A DNA stretch of 64,000 nt from an uncultured Nitrososphaerales archaeon (GTDB lineage: Archaea; Thermoproteota; Nitrososphaeria; Nitrososphaerales; Nitrososphaeraceae), in NCBI GenBank assembly GCA_963709405.1, contig CAVPXM010000025.1, positions 1-64,000 on the forward strand, read 5' to 3'. A program made the translations under genes and the position numbers. Below the pieces are notes generated by a model that was given only the letters and a program-made list of their open reading frames with translations, did no database searches and was not told the DNA's origin. Of the stretch, positions 35,909-47,788 are shown piece after piece (the stretch's first letter is position 1; each line of letters begins with the position of its first letter).

Positions 35909-36477
35909 TTTAGTGAAATGTTGTAAACCCAAATAATTAAGAAACCGGTCGTACCACTTCATGTATAATTGCAATCATCAAAATAAACCACAAATAAAAA
36001 AATGGAGTTCGAATGATTTCTTTATAGTCCAAGGCATGATATTCCCAGACGATTCATGTTCTCAACTATAACTCATGACGCATGATCTTTGAAAGGACCG
36101 GTTAAGAATAAACTGAAAACATGACTAATCATCATTTTTTTGCAATTATTCGACAGCTGTAAAAATGGATTCGATAACTATGGACAACCCATCACTGCTT
36201 TGAGGTCAACGGTTGAAAATGGTGAAGGCTGTTGTTGGGGAAGTTATTGCAGAGGCTGCAATGGAATTTGTTGAGGCACAGGTGAAAGCCGAACAGCAAT
36301 TAAAATATCCTAAACCTGGAGAAAAGGGCCTAAAGCCAATTGATGGTTATGACGAAATCGCTAGTAACGACTTAAGCGACTTAAGAAAAGAAACAATTTT
36401 TTCCTTTCTCGTTTCATGCTTACCATTTTTTGATGTAGGTGTTTCTATAAGATAGTCATATGGTGTGGTTCTTCTGT

Positions 36478-36906
36478 TTACCCCTTTAGTTCACGACCTA
36501 ATTTAATGGACTCTCTTACACTATCTACTTGTATATCATCACTTCCTGTTATCAACCTTGAAAGTGTAGGATGAGCTTCTTTTCCTAAGGTTATTGCTTC
36601 TTTTCCCTTTCTGAGAAATGACAGTGTCAATCCATTATCAGCAAGTTTATGGGAAAATTCTTTTGCTGTTTTTAATTTATCAAATAATCCAGTCCTATCT
36701 TTCCTCTCCGATTCTGCTACTTGGATAACATCCGGATGAATAAAATCGATATTTATCTTTTCTCGTTCTTTATTAACTTCAATCCTGAGTGCGGAATGCC
36801 CTTCCATATCAATATCAATTGCACCACCTTTTACTGTTCTAAGCGATTTAACAAGCAAATCTGGTATTATTTGTTGACTCCAGTTATCATTACCATTATC
36901 TGCCAT
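36478..36906 (-). CDS. Conserved hypothetical protein
   Basis: Intact 142-aa ORF with normal composition, co-oriented with 37028-37267. Confidence 0.7.
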   Translation of the reverse strand: MADNGNDNWSQQIIPDLLVKSLRTVKGGAIDIDMEGHSALRIEVNKEREKINIDFIHPDVIQVAESERKDRTGLFDKLKTAKEFSHKLADNGLTLSFLRKGKEAITLGKEAHPTLSRLITGSDDIQVDSVRESIKLGRELKG

Positions 36907-37027
36907 GGCCTATCTATCTCTATACTATCTATATCATTAATACTATTGCGCTTCTCTAATCGCTCATCTTCATAAAAATCTCTGTCGTAATAATTATTCT
37001 GATAGAATTCCCATTCTTGCTTTTTTA

Positions 37028-37267
37028 TCATTCTTTGTTAGATTCTGTAGTTGTCCATAGTATCTTTCCATTAACTACACACTTGGCACTACCTAGATCC
37101 GTGCCATCGGGACCCTTTAGTCTCGGGACATCAATTTCGAGATCATCAAACCTAATTGTAGTAGACATATTCGTACCTACTAGTTTGTCTACAATTTCAG
37201 CCATTATTTCAACCCATTGACTTGGAGCATTCTTATGATTTAGGTTGGTATTAATACTATTTCTCAT
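37028..37267 (-). CDS. Conserved small hypothetical protein
   Basis: WVEIMAEIVDKLVGTNMS..FDDLEIDVP..GSAKCVVNGKI. Confidence 0.7.
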   Translation of the reverse strand: MRNSINTNLNHKNAPSQWVEIMAEIVDKLVGTNMSTTIRFDDLEIDVPRLKGPDGTDLGSAKCVVNGKILWTTTESNKE

Positions 37268-37883
37268 GTCTCTTCCTATTATAGACAGGATGACATATTA
37301 TTCTTATATCTGAAAAATGAATTCCTTACTGAACTAGCATTTATTAATGTCCCTCCAATCTCTTTAAAGCAGAAAGCAATCAATTCTGATGCTCTGTTGC
37401 ATAATCTTGACCACGTCTTATCACTAGTGATTGATTATAGGAAAACGAGTCAATTACACTATACAGTTAATATTGGCAAGCTAAAATGCGAAGTGATCAA
37501 ACAATTATCACATGCAACATAGTGAATTATTCAACAAATCAAACATTACTTTACTTGCTGCTATATCTATTATTGGACTATAACTGCAAGCAAGCAATAG
37601 CATGTTGACCTACCAATCTATGAGCCAAGTGACATGATTATTTAGATGGGAAATGATGTTTGAACATGGTAACTAATAAGATAGTCAATTAGGTAAGCGC
37701 AGGCTTACACGTTTACATATCTAGGCATTATCACTCTCAAATTAAGCGGGCACAGATTAAGCCAATCTAAACTAGTTGCAATTACACAATTATAGAGCAT
37801 TTGATCCATGAGATATTCTTATTCGCCTATAATCTGAATTATGATGTTGTTGTTGATCTCAAAATGCTGGTGAATATATGATC

Positions 37884-37927
37884 ATATAACTATATGGCCA
37901 TATAGTTATATAGTTTATAACTATATG
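37884..37927. promoter_or_regulatory. 28-bp perfect palindrome within three alternating 12-mers
   Basis: TATAACTATATG at 37885 (+), 37899 (-) and 37916 (+). Confidence 0.6.
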
Positions 37928-38584
37928 AACAAAATGATTGGGCATTCTCTTTTAAGCGCAAATGTCTAATTCATATTACTATTTTGGCATTTTTTTGGTA
38001 CTCAGTAGTAATAAGGACATAAGAACCGAAAAATGCTATCAGCTCTTGGCAGCGGATGCATTCCATTAATAAGGTAGTATTCCCCACCTTTCGTTAAATT
38101 GAATGCATGGCGTGTTCATGTTAGAGCCTACGCCAAGATTTGGCATTTTGTAGAGGATATATGATTATATCGTAATATGTAACTGCTCCAACAATCATAG
38201 CAATTGACATGATTCAGATCTAAATCAGAAGTTCACTCTTTTCTCTACAGTTAACCATCCTTCTTTTCTTCTTACGGCTGCTAGCATCTTTTTAACTGGT
38301 AAGAAAGAATCTATAATTTGTTTTTGTAAATCTTTTATGGACAAAAAGACGATAATAAGATTGTCTATATAGTTATTCAACACATAACCCAGATATTGTA
38401 CTTTAATTGACAACACACTATCACATTCATGCATTAACTTAGAACCCATTCGAAAAGTGTTCGATCTCAATCGAGCTGTAAGCAGACGGTGTTTGGTCGA
38501 TAAGCCCAATCTGAACACACCCATCATCAGAGTTGATCAGTCAAACTCGATTAAACGCATTGGGTTATCTCATTTATAAAAGAG

Positions 38585-39900
38585 CTGCTGTCTAGCTTAG
38601 AAAATATTGATAAATCTATGCTTGCTCCTGGTTTCATTATTTCTCTAAGAGTTCTTCCTGAATCTTTGTCTCTCCACCACTTATCTCCAAATCTATTTTC
38701 TATGAAGGCGTTTAGTTCGGCTCGCTCTTACTGCTGCCAGCAAATAGCTTGGCACATACAATATATTTTCAGGAAGAATATGGTGCAATAACCAATATTC
38801 TCCGGATATCTCAAAGCTCGTATACTCTTTAATAAGTCTAGAGTAGAGTTTGCAAGCCTGATCTATTGACAAGTTTTCTTTCCAATATTGTAACTTCATT
38901 AATGAATTGGCAGTATAGAAGGTGACAAAAAATAAGTCCATAAATTTATTTCTTGATATTAACTTGTTGACTACATTATCATTTCCAGAACCAATAACCG
39001 TTCTTAAATAGTTACTATTCTTAGTTAGGTTTTCCAAAAACATAGAAAATATTTCTGCTGTTCCCATAGGAATCTTGTAGTTGTCCCAATACTGATTGTT
39101 TGCATCTACTGAACTAATATGCATGGCGTGTCCAGTCTCGTGAAAGCGAGCTTGAAAATCAAAATAAGGGCTCTCTCTTTTGTAGAGGATACGAATATCG
39201 TTAGGTATTCTTACAAAAAAGCATATGGGTGATGGATATTTATTTTTTCTATCTTGAGTATCAAAATGGATCTTGGACAAATCAAATTGCATGTTTGTCA
39301 GTATTCTTTTTACTTCTGCAACAGGATCTATAACTGAAAAATTACTAGCTATATCGGAAAATATTTTGTTTCTGAAAAAGTAAAAATCATCATAGTATTC
39401 TGGTTCTCTCCCGAGAACCCTTTTCCCAATATCCATTAATGCCTCTCTAAACGGCTTCCTCGTTTTTTGGCCCACAGATTCTATAACTCTGACTAATTTA
39501 TCGTATGATATATTTTCATGTTCCAAATAAGGAGGAGCTGGGTCCAATTTATTCCTCTTTTTTTCATTATAAGTATGACTGTATTCTTGGTAGGTTGTTT
39601 TATTTGCGAAAATCTCTTTTCTACGATAGGGGACAAGTATTTTGTCTTTGTGATAAATTCATCAAATACCTCTTTCCGGTCTTTATCATTTTGTTCAACG
39701 CTATTAAACTGTCGCCAAGTGCTCCAATTGACTGGATGACCCTTGTATTTATGTCTTGATGACTTAATACGATTATTTCTTGCATCCTGAAGCTTTAACT
39801 CTAACTTCTTGGTTTTAGAGTAAGTTATACTCTGTATAGCCCCAAGAAGACCTGGTCTTGGATGAGAAAAAAAGTCGATAAAGAGCCTTGAATTTTCTAT
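38585..39900 (-). pseudogene. M3/M32-like zinc oligopeptidase, frameshifted and 5' truncated
   Basis: KYPSPICF, FHETGH, AEIFSMFLE and YVPSYLLA motifs. Confidence 0.8.
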
Positions 39901-39945
39901 GGTTACATTTTTAATTACCTACTTGGGTTACACTTTGCTGCTTAG
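39901..39945 (+). repeat. 45-bp direct repeat, left copy
   Basis: 42/45 identical to 51356-51400. Confidence 0.9.
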
Positions 39946-40214
39946 CTCTTGTATGTGTACTGAATGTAATTAATCATGAACCCGTGACTCCATTGTCTAG
40001 TCTTTAGTGTCGATATACAGTTCCTACTATTCTCGAATTGTCTTCAAGACTCTTTCAGTTCGAATCTTTCTTGATGCAGAGTGTCTATTTGAGACGATGT
40101 CTCTAGATAAGCTGTACGATATTGAACCAGAGTAGTATGTAAATCAAATATTTGTCTCTCCAGACTCTCTTTCTTTGATTCTAAGAGATCTACTTCTCTT
40201 CGTAAGGCAAAACC

Positions 40215-40420
40215 TCTGCCTAAAGGCAGTGCCGTTACTAACGATAAACGGAGATAATCTTGTGCTTCAGAAACAAATTAAAGAACTGACCGAAAAGACC
40301 ACCAATAATGACTATCTTCTTAATGCAAAGCTCCAGGAGAAAGACGACGCACTGGCTACTCTATCAGATCAAGTCATGAAACTTATGGTAGAAATGCAGG
40401 AACTGAAGATGCAACGTTAG
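40215..40420 (+). pseudogene. C-terminal coiled-coil tail of a tyrosine integrase
   Basis: LKAVPLLTINGDNLVLQKQIKEL parallels DYLRCAHALIINDERSLRSKV at the end of the 62904 integrase. Confidence 0.6.
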
Positions 40421-40493
40421 ATGAATTATTTTACCGTCATAAAGCGAGCATGGACTCGTCAAGGCTTTATCTATCCAAGAATAAAACACTTTG

Positions 40494-41522
40494 CTAGGTG
40501 TTCTTTCTCAAAGCCATTAGCTTATTATATCCATCCTCGAAATCCTTGTGAATCTCCTCTAGAACGGTCATAAACTTTGTATCCTCGGCAAGAATCCGAT
40601 GGATATTCTTTTCTTGCAAATGAGCAGATTCTCTCCCTATCTCGGTAACTAGCACGCAGATTGCTATTTCGGCTAACCTCTTTATAACAAATTCATTATT
40701 GCTTGCCACAGTCTTAAAGGCCGTAAGCTCGGAAAACAAATCCAACATTTTATATTCGTACCTCCTAGGCTTGCCATCGAAATCTGTTGTGGCTATTGCT
40801 TTTCCTTTTTCTCTTTCCAATTTAATAATTATATCAATCTCCGAAGTGGTTATCCTTATCGTACTTTCGTCAGGCGTTTTTTCTATCTTTGTGTTATCTA
40901 GGTATTCTATTCTGAAGACCTCCTTTAAAGACGTCAATAATTCTTTATCATTTTCACCAGGTACTTTATTCCACGAGAATTGTGGAATCATATAAGGTAT
41001 TTTCTCGGCTAGATCTGCGTGTCTGCAACAATCATGCACGAATTTGAATAGTTTAGTAAGCAAGTAGACATCTGCAGTACTGATTGTTTGTTTCTCAAAG
41101 TAAGGATACAAAAATAATTCAAATACAGCGCTATTTTCATAATTCTTCATGAAATTATTAACGTGAGAGACTGGTTCTTTGCCCTGTCTTACAGACATTT
41201 GATCGACAAGTATGCCATGATATCTCAAATTTAGGAACAGTTGATATATGCCATTATCTGTTAACCTAAAATATTTTTCGTTATGTCGACGCCTGGTTCT
41301 TTTAACATTCACTTCTTCCTCAATTAAATTCGAAGATCTCAGTTTTTGAACTAGAATATGTACATTCTTGTACTTTCTTTGTATTTTCGTATTTTTGATA
41401 CTATTAGTAATTTCTGTCATCGTAAGGCTTTGTGACTGAGCAACGAGTTCATTGAGCTTTATATTGATACTTTGAAGCCTTTCGAGCGTCATCGATGGGT
41501 CGTTATACTTTTCAGAGGCCAT
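40494..41522 (-). CDS. Winged-helix-domain protein (element regulator-like)
   Basis: LTMTEI..YKNVHILVQKLRSSNLIEE..KYFRLTDNG; likely start is Met44 of the track ORF. Confidence 0.7.
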   Translation of the reverse strand: MASEKYNDPSMTLERLQSINIKLNELVAQSQSLTMTEITNSIKNTKIQRKYKNVHILVQKLRSSNLIEEEVNVKRTRRRHNEKYFRLTDNGIYQLFLNLRYHGILVDQMSVRQGKEPVSHVNNFMKNYENSAVFELFLYPYFEKQTISTADVYLLTKLFKFVHDCCRHADLAEKIPYMIPQFSWNKVPGENDKELLTSLKEVFRIEYLDNTKIEKTPDESTIRITTSEIDIIIKLEREKGKAIATTDFDGKPRRYEYKMLDLFSELTAFKTVASNNEFVIKRLAEIAICVLVTEIGRESAHLQEKNIHRILAEDTKFMTVLEEIHKDFEDGYNKLMALRKNT

Positions 41523-41575
41523 AAGGTATAACGACTCGAAATAATTAAAAGCATTTTCTAGAAGTTCTGAATTAT

Positions 41576-41764
41576 ATGAGCGAAAGTATTGAAAGTAAAG
41601 AAAGGATTCAAAAGGAAATAATCCGCACTTGGCTGACTGGACGTACGTCATGCACTCTAGTAATCCCTAGGGATTTCGCGAAGGAGTACCGGTTAGATGA
41701 GCCATCGCACGTAATTGTCGAAGCTAGACCTGAAGGTATCCTTATTAGAAAACTGGAACTTTAG
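41576..41764 (+). CDS. AbrB/MazE/SpoVT-family DNA-binding protein
   Basis: SCTLVIPRDFAKEYRL..HVIVE..EGILIRKL. Confidence 0.9.
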   Translation: MSESIESKERIQKEIIRTWLTGRTSCTLVIPRDFAKEYRLDEPSHVIVEARPEGILIRKLEL

Positions 41765-41876
41765 GAGTTGTTAACAATAAACACACACATATCACCACAA
41801 TCGCCCCTTAGGTTGGTCCCCTTGTGTGATTGCGGTGGTTGTAGATACATCAGCAAGGAGCTGAAATACCATACAC

Positions 41877-42266
41877 ATGAATAATGCCTGTAACATAGAT
41901 ATAGACCTTGCTAGTGAGAATGGTGATTGGACAATCGAATGCTTTGTTGACAAGCTGTTTCTCTCATTAGCAAAGACAAGAGAATGCATTACAAATTATA
42001 AAGGTGAAACAATACATGTTAAAAAATACTATCGTAGAGCAAGAGATATTTTAAAAATAATTCCTATCCGGCGACCACCTCCTATTTTTATTATCAACAT
42101 TTCTGACCTGCCACAAAGAATAATAGATGAATTTGAGACCGTTACTGATATTAAGACCCGTACTTATGTTATTACGCAAGCAGTAGGGCGAATCTTTGAA
42201 AATCTTGATTTTGAATATTATCACATTAGCATAGCAAGAAATCTTCGTGTAGGATTTGAAAAATAA
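41877..42266 (+). CDS. Hypothetical protein of the integrative element
   Basis: 129-aa ORF whose stop abuts the ATPase start (TAAATG). Confidence 0.55.
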   Translation: MNNACNIDIDLASENGDWTIECFVDKLFLSLAKTRECITNYKGETIHVKKYYRRARDILKIIPIRRPPPIFIINISDLPQRIIDEFETVTDIKTRTYVITQAVGRIFENLDFEYYHISIARNLRVGFEK

Positions 42267-43360
42267 ATGAGTTCGATTGACGATTCAATAGGCCATGTAT
42301 ATAGTAATAGTGGAAACGGCTCGGGAAAAGAAAATTTAAGAAGAGAGGCGGACAAGACAAAACAAGTAGGTAACGGCAAATGCAAAAACAAGACCAAGGA
42401 TAATGAAGTTTCAGAGGCGCAATCCACTGGAAAAATTAAACGACGTTGTATAGCATACAAATATTCCTCTAGAGGAAAAGGTGTTCTACGTGAGGCTGTT
42501 ACTATATCTGGACTGCCTGTTTTTTTGGAATATGGCAACGGCAAACTCAAAATTGTGGAAAATATAGAAGAACAAGGCAGGATAATAAAACCTCCTAATT
42601 CCGAAGAATATCCGTATGAACCTTATGAGTTTGCCAACATGAACCAAGTCATGGAATATGTAGATCGTGCAAAATCTATGTCGATAGATTCTCTCTATAC
42701 ACAAGTTAAACGGTTTGTAACTGAATATAATGATCAGGATCAATCTAAACTAACATTAGTTGCATTAGACATCATTTTTTCCTACTTCTAAGATAAATTC
42801 GCTACTACCCACTATACAAGTATTGTGGGTGACAATGATAGTGGTAAATCCAGCTTGGGCATAACTTTTGAAGCTTTAGGATATCGACCCGTGTACATGA
42901 CTGACCCATCAGCAGCCAACGTATTCCGTTGTCTCGGAAACGTAGAGCAGGGACAATGTACTATAATACTCGATGAGGCCGACAAAATAGATAAATCTCC
43001 TGAGATGATGGCAATATTAAAAACCGGATATCAGCTTAGCGGCAAGTACCAAAAATTAATAACAACACTTTACGACAAGAATTTTTTTGGACTTATGGTT
43101 TGAAAATCATCATTGCGGAAAAATCTATGAATATAATACAAGCAAAAGGCGTTCTTGACCGCACGTTTTCATTTACAGCTTACCCCGGAGACTCAGTCTT
43201 TGATATTAAAGAAACCATAAATCCTCAAGCAGATATTGACTGTAAAGCACGGCTGGACGAACTTTTGTCGTTCAGAAAAATGCTACTGATTTACAGGTTG
43301 CTTCATTTCAAAGACCCAGTAATCAATATTGATACCGGTCTGAAGAGAAGGTCCGTATGA
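42267..43360 (+). pseudogene. P-loop ATPase (helicase-like replication protein) with a premature stop and a frameshift
   Basis: SYF*DKF (TAA in frame), Walker A GDNDSGKS, Walker B IILDEAD, ILKTGY. Confidence 0.8.
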
Positions 43361-43505
43361 CGAAGGTCATCATCACGATCATCGTTGCCCTTAATATTAC
43401 CATCAGATCGGCAACTAACTAACCTTAAGACTTAGTAAATAAGTTTATACTAATATTTGACGGATACCTAGCGAAACCTTCTATTTGCGAATTGTGCTAA
43501 GTATA

Positions 43506-43730
43506 ATGCAACTAAACAGACAGGAAATAGAAAATCTTATCATAAATCTATATTATGATCAATAGAAGACTTATCGAGAAATACAGCAAATAGTAAGAAA
43601 ATCTCCACGTGATATTAGGGCCATTCAAAATAAGGTAGAGCCAGGACGTTCCTCTCTATCCACACAGGCACAAGCTTACAGACTTTTTTCTGAAGGAAAG
43701 ACTCCATTAGAAGTTGCTATTATTTTAGAC
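43506..43730 (+). pseudogene. Tandem-HTH protein N-terminus
   Basis: MQLNRQEIENLIINLYYDQ*KTYREIQQIVRKSPRDI...QAYRLFSEGKTPLEVAI. Confidence 0.7.
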
Positions 43731-43797
43731 ACCGTTAAAAATGTAATCGGCATAAAATAGAGTCACCTCGTATTTATGTGCCGATTAAAGTGTCTAA
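43725..43797. repeat. 73-bp fold-back element (MITE-like)
   Basis: Nested inverted repeats TTAGACAC/GTGTCTAA and TAATCGGCA/TGCCGATTA. Confidence 0.55.
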
Positions 43798-44327
43798 CAG
43801 AATGTGAACTGGTTTGTCTGCACTAATAGATAATTGAAATGTCTCTTAAATTTTCGCCAACTACAGGATTTGCTGCCAGCATGTCTGGGAATGAACCGTA
43901 TTTGTATCACAGTAGCATAAGCAGACCCTTCACTATTGTTACTCATATCAGCTCAAGGACATGTATCAATACCAATGGTTGGCTTTTGATTAGTATCCCC
44001 ATGAACTATGGAGTGATCCGTCAGTTTCCAATCAGATTTTTTTAGCGTTTATGTGCAAACATTACTTAGCTCCTGTCGATTGATATGACAGTTTATTTTT
44101 CTATTCATGGGTTATAGGAGATTTCTTTTGGTAAACCAGACAGGAGGACCAAACAAACAATTTGGATCCCTAAAATGTAAATATGTTTTACGAATAATAC
44201 TCTCTATGAACAAGTGATATGAAAGTTGTAACTTTTTATTTTATGATAAAATCTATGTAGAGCACTAACATTTAGATGAATGTACCTTAACTATTATATA
44301 CAATATTCAGTTCTAGTTAGCACAGTA

Positions 44328-44716
44328 ATGAACAGAAATAAGCTTATGTCAATTGTTGCTATCACAGTTGCAGTTGCATTCTTGACGTCATCAATTGCAA
44401 TTGCAAGCCCTGTATTCGCAAAGAAAGGTAGTAGTGGCGACAATGGTGGTGGTAGTAGTAGCGGTAGTAGTAGCAGTAGTAGCAGTAGTAGCGGTAGTAG
44501 TGCAGCAGCAGTAGCAGCAGTTCATCCAATAGCGATTATGATAGTTTTCAGAAATGTCTTTCTGATGCTGCGACAGGTGGTTCTGCAACAGAACAGCAGG
44601 TAAAAGATTGCTTTGATTCTACATATGGAGGGGGTAGCAGTAGGCAGCGGTGGCAGCAACGACAATTCTGGTGGCGGCAGTGATACAGGTAATAATAGCC
44701 CAGACAGTAATCAATA
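44328..44716 (+). pseudogene. Secreted Ser/Gly-rich protein with frameshifts in the low-complexity tracts
   Basis: Signal peptide PVFA-K, poly-Ser, then DYDSFQKCLSDAATGGSATEQQVKDCFDSTY. Confidence 0.7.
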
Positions 44717-44876
44717 ATACCAAGGCCAACAAATAGCAGAATATAAGACAGTCGGCGAAGCTCAGTAATAGATGGAGCTGTCTCAGAGATATCTATCCAT
44801 TCCTTTATTTCTCTTTTAGTGTTATTTTTTTGTGGTAATAGTTGCATGAAGTTTTGACACAAGGATCCTGAAAGGG

Positions 44877-45213
44877 ATGCTTGAAGAATGCGGCTTTGAG
44901 GTCTACGTTGCCCCAGATCAACACTCGCTAGAAGGATTCACTCAAAACATTTTATCAAATCTTGAGAAATCTGAATACTATCTTTTCATCGACTTCATAA
45001 GGGAAGAGATTGAAAATAAGGAAGAGAAGAGCAAAACCAGTCGAAATTTTAGAGGCTCGTTATTCACTCATCAGGAATTAGGTATAGCAACGTAGGAAGG
45101 AGTATATTAAAAAGGAACATATTCTTATTTTTCAAGAAGAAGGCGTCTTAGAAAGAGATGGAATAAAAGGCTTTGTCCAGGCTGATCCTATAACATTTGG
45201 GAAGCATTTCTGA
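44877..45213 (+). pseudogene. TIR-like/nucleotide-binding-domain fragment
   Basis: GFEVYVA..NILSNLEKSEYYLFID..RGSLFTHQELGIA..LIFQEEGV. Confidence 0.45.
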
Positions 45214-45877
45214 GCATAGCAAGAGAGCCCTTTAATATGCTGGTCAAAGGAGCTAGTTAGTAGTTCTTGGGCTAATTCTTTCCCTGATTTAGACCCTTTG
45301 CTGTATAAATTAAGAACTCATGGCGGTTGTTCAAATTGTTTTGCGTCGACATCAGAAACTGAGTTTACAGAAACACAACCCAACTTGGAAATACTATCTT
45401 CTTCTAGTATGTCGTTTTTCGATTAGTTATTTCTCTTCCCTGCTCACACCATTTAACACATCAACTAAGTGATATAGTTTATTATACTTCTGAATTGTTT
45501 GTTCTACTTGTTTGCGTTCTGGTCTTTCGTCATAAGGGATTTTGCCCATAAACCGATTTCTCCACATTTCACTCTGTTGGTATTCCTTGCGTCACCATTC
45601 GAGATTTTTGTAATTATCAACGTCGCGTAATCTCTTATTCTGCGGCTTCTGCTTCATACTCGATTTCAAGTTCAAGATCTTCTATGCAATCCTTCCTTTC
45701 TTGTTCTGTCATTGAGATCCACCGTTCATCATTTTTTATTCTACGTTCTCCTCCTTCTCTGACTTTCTTTTATTGTTCTCTCCTATCTCAATTAATGCGT
45801 CATTCCAAAATCCATTTACATACCTATACTCTGTGATATTTAGTATGGGATCTCTGAACTTGACGGCAATCTCTCAT

Positions 45878-46095
45878 CTACGTTCTCTTTATTAGATTGC
45901 CTTTCATCTGTACAAATTCTGCTTCTGTAATTACTCCTTGATCCCTTAATTTTGCAAGTTTAGATAATTCATCAGCTATGGATGTTATTGAATGGCTATT
46001 TGATTGAATTTGAGTGGTAGTCTCCTCTTCCTTGTCTACGGTTTCTGGTGGTTCATGACTGGACGATTCTTGTCCTTTTAGAGTATAAAGATAGT
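45878..46095 (-). pseudogene. SHOCT-domain C-terminus
   Basis: SIADELSKLAKLRDQGVITEAEFVQMKGNLI. Confidence 0.75.
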
Positions 46096-46221
46096 CCAGA
46101 CAAATAGAATTTATAGCAATATACAATTTAAGGTATAGAACAAATATCTGATTTAACATGTCATAAAATATCTCCGAATACAGATAAACCTTACAACAAA
46201 TCATTCCTTGATGAATATTCG

Positions 46222-46500
46222 GTGATTGGCAATAAACTTGGGTTGATAACTATTACATCTACGATAACGACAGTATTATTATTTGTGATAACAGGAATTG
46301 ACACGGATAACAGTGCAACCGCAAAAAAATACAAGGCTCAGACAATAAGACAGGTTAATAACTGTGGAAATTACGTATCGCTAACAAATGTAAGCTGTTC
46401 TAATTTTGGCTTGAATCCTGAAGGACATGAAAGCATTAACAAACATAAGTATAGTGAATCGTTCGTTTCTACCTTTCCCTTAAAACATCTGGGTAAGCTA
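46222..46500 (+). pseudogene. Secreted protein N-terminus
   Basis: Signal peptide, then QVNNCGN...NVSCSN. Confidence 0.5.
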
Positions 46501-46760
46501 CATACTTTGATTAGGTATTGGCACTATGTAGTAGCAGATGGGTTATGGATTATCGAAGCAAACTTAAATATCTCTAACCAGAATATCATAGTTATATCGA
46601 CTAGTACAAGGATCAGTATTTGGCATGCTTTAGCAGGACAACACTGCGAGCATTTATTTTATAGACAGTATACAGATCATCTAAAATATTTATTATGTCC
46701 CAATATTCCAGCTAAATTATCATCTTTATTCCACAACTATCCTCAAAGGAGATGAGGTGA

Positions 46761-47039
46761 ATGACTGTTAGTTCGATAGATCATGGTAAACAATGTAAAA
46801 CAGCAATTATTTTTCCTTGTTACAATTGTGGCTTGCATAATTTCATATCTTTTCAAAGAATCAAGATTGATAATTATAACTGCGTTCAAAAGGCAAAGTG
46901 TCAAATATGCAAATTCGAATGGAGCGAATTTTGGTACATGCCAGAACGAAGTCAATCCTTCTCTGAGCAGTTGTCTTTATCATCAAAGAGATATAAGAAA
47001 ATATCAAGAGAAGATAAACCAACAATGCTGCTACAATGA
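46761..47039 (+). CDS. Small zinc-ribbon protein
   Basis: FPCYNCG...AKCQICKFEWSE. Confidence 0.6.
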   Translation: MTVSSIDHGKQCKTAIIFPCYNCGLHNFISFQRIKIDNYNCVQKAKCQICKFEWSEFWYMPERSQSFSEQLSLSSKRYKKISREDKPTMLLQ

Positions 47040-47383
47040 AAAATAATCACAATTAGGATCAAAAGGCGTTTAAAAGCGGCTCAAAATACAGTTAGGACAT
47101 TATCAAGATGTTATAGCAGAACTTCTAAGTGGCCTATCATGCTGGGTAGATCATATCTACAATAGTAATAGTATAATATTATCTAGCGTATTAGAGTCAA
47201 GCCAAAATTGCTTGCTTAAATAATTATTAACCTATTCACATCTATAATATATCTGAGTAATGGCTAGTATAGAAGTTGTTAGTTCTAATCTGGTAAGGAA
47301 TTGCCGTGCATTAGGAAGTAAATTTATGCAAAGATACTTGAAATGAGACTATTCGATTAGATGTTGATAATGATAAATCAGTA

Positions 47384-47788
47384 TTAGATGCAATTGATAG
47401 AATAGTAACCGAAAATAATAGGATTTAATTTTAGTATTAGGGAGCTTGTGGCGTTATTGATCCTGATGATGGCCCTGATGACGAGGACGATGGCCCTGAT
47501 GACGGAGGATGACTGGAATAACGGGGATGAGACGGATGACGTCCCTGATGACGATCCAGAAGAGTTTAATGCAGGGGTTGACGGAGTGCTTTTTGGCAAT
47601 CCACAAATTTCAGATTCAGTGCTATTGACGAAGCTGAGCCTAGGATTGTCTGGTCTACAGAATTGCTTTACTTGTTCTGGAGTTAGTCCATGCGAGTTCT
47701 GACCTTGTTGAGCTTTGACCTGATTTGTAGTTATTATAATGAGAGCAAGCATCAATATACTAAATGCCAAAATATAACGATGGTGCAT
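47384..47788 (-). CDS. Small secreted Ser-rich protein (3' end probably frameshifted)
   Basis: Signal peptide VKA-Q; CRPDNPRLSFVNSTESEICGLP. Confidence 0.65.
   Translation of the reverse strand: MHHRYILAFSILMLALIIITTNQVKAQQGQNSHGLTPEQVKQFCRPDNPRLSFVNSTESEICGLPKSTPSTPALNSSGSSSGTSSVSSPLFQSSSVIRAIVLVIRAIIRINNATSSLILKLNPIIFGYYSINCI

Noticed and set aside
13309-45095. Stop-codon reassignment or readthrough suggested by in-frame stops
   Set aside because: The interrupting stops are mixed (TAG 13315, TAA 17333, TGA 23354, TAA 42789) and accompanied by frameshifts, consistent with decay or sequencing error.
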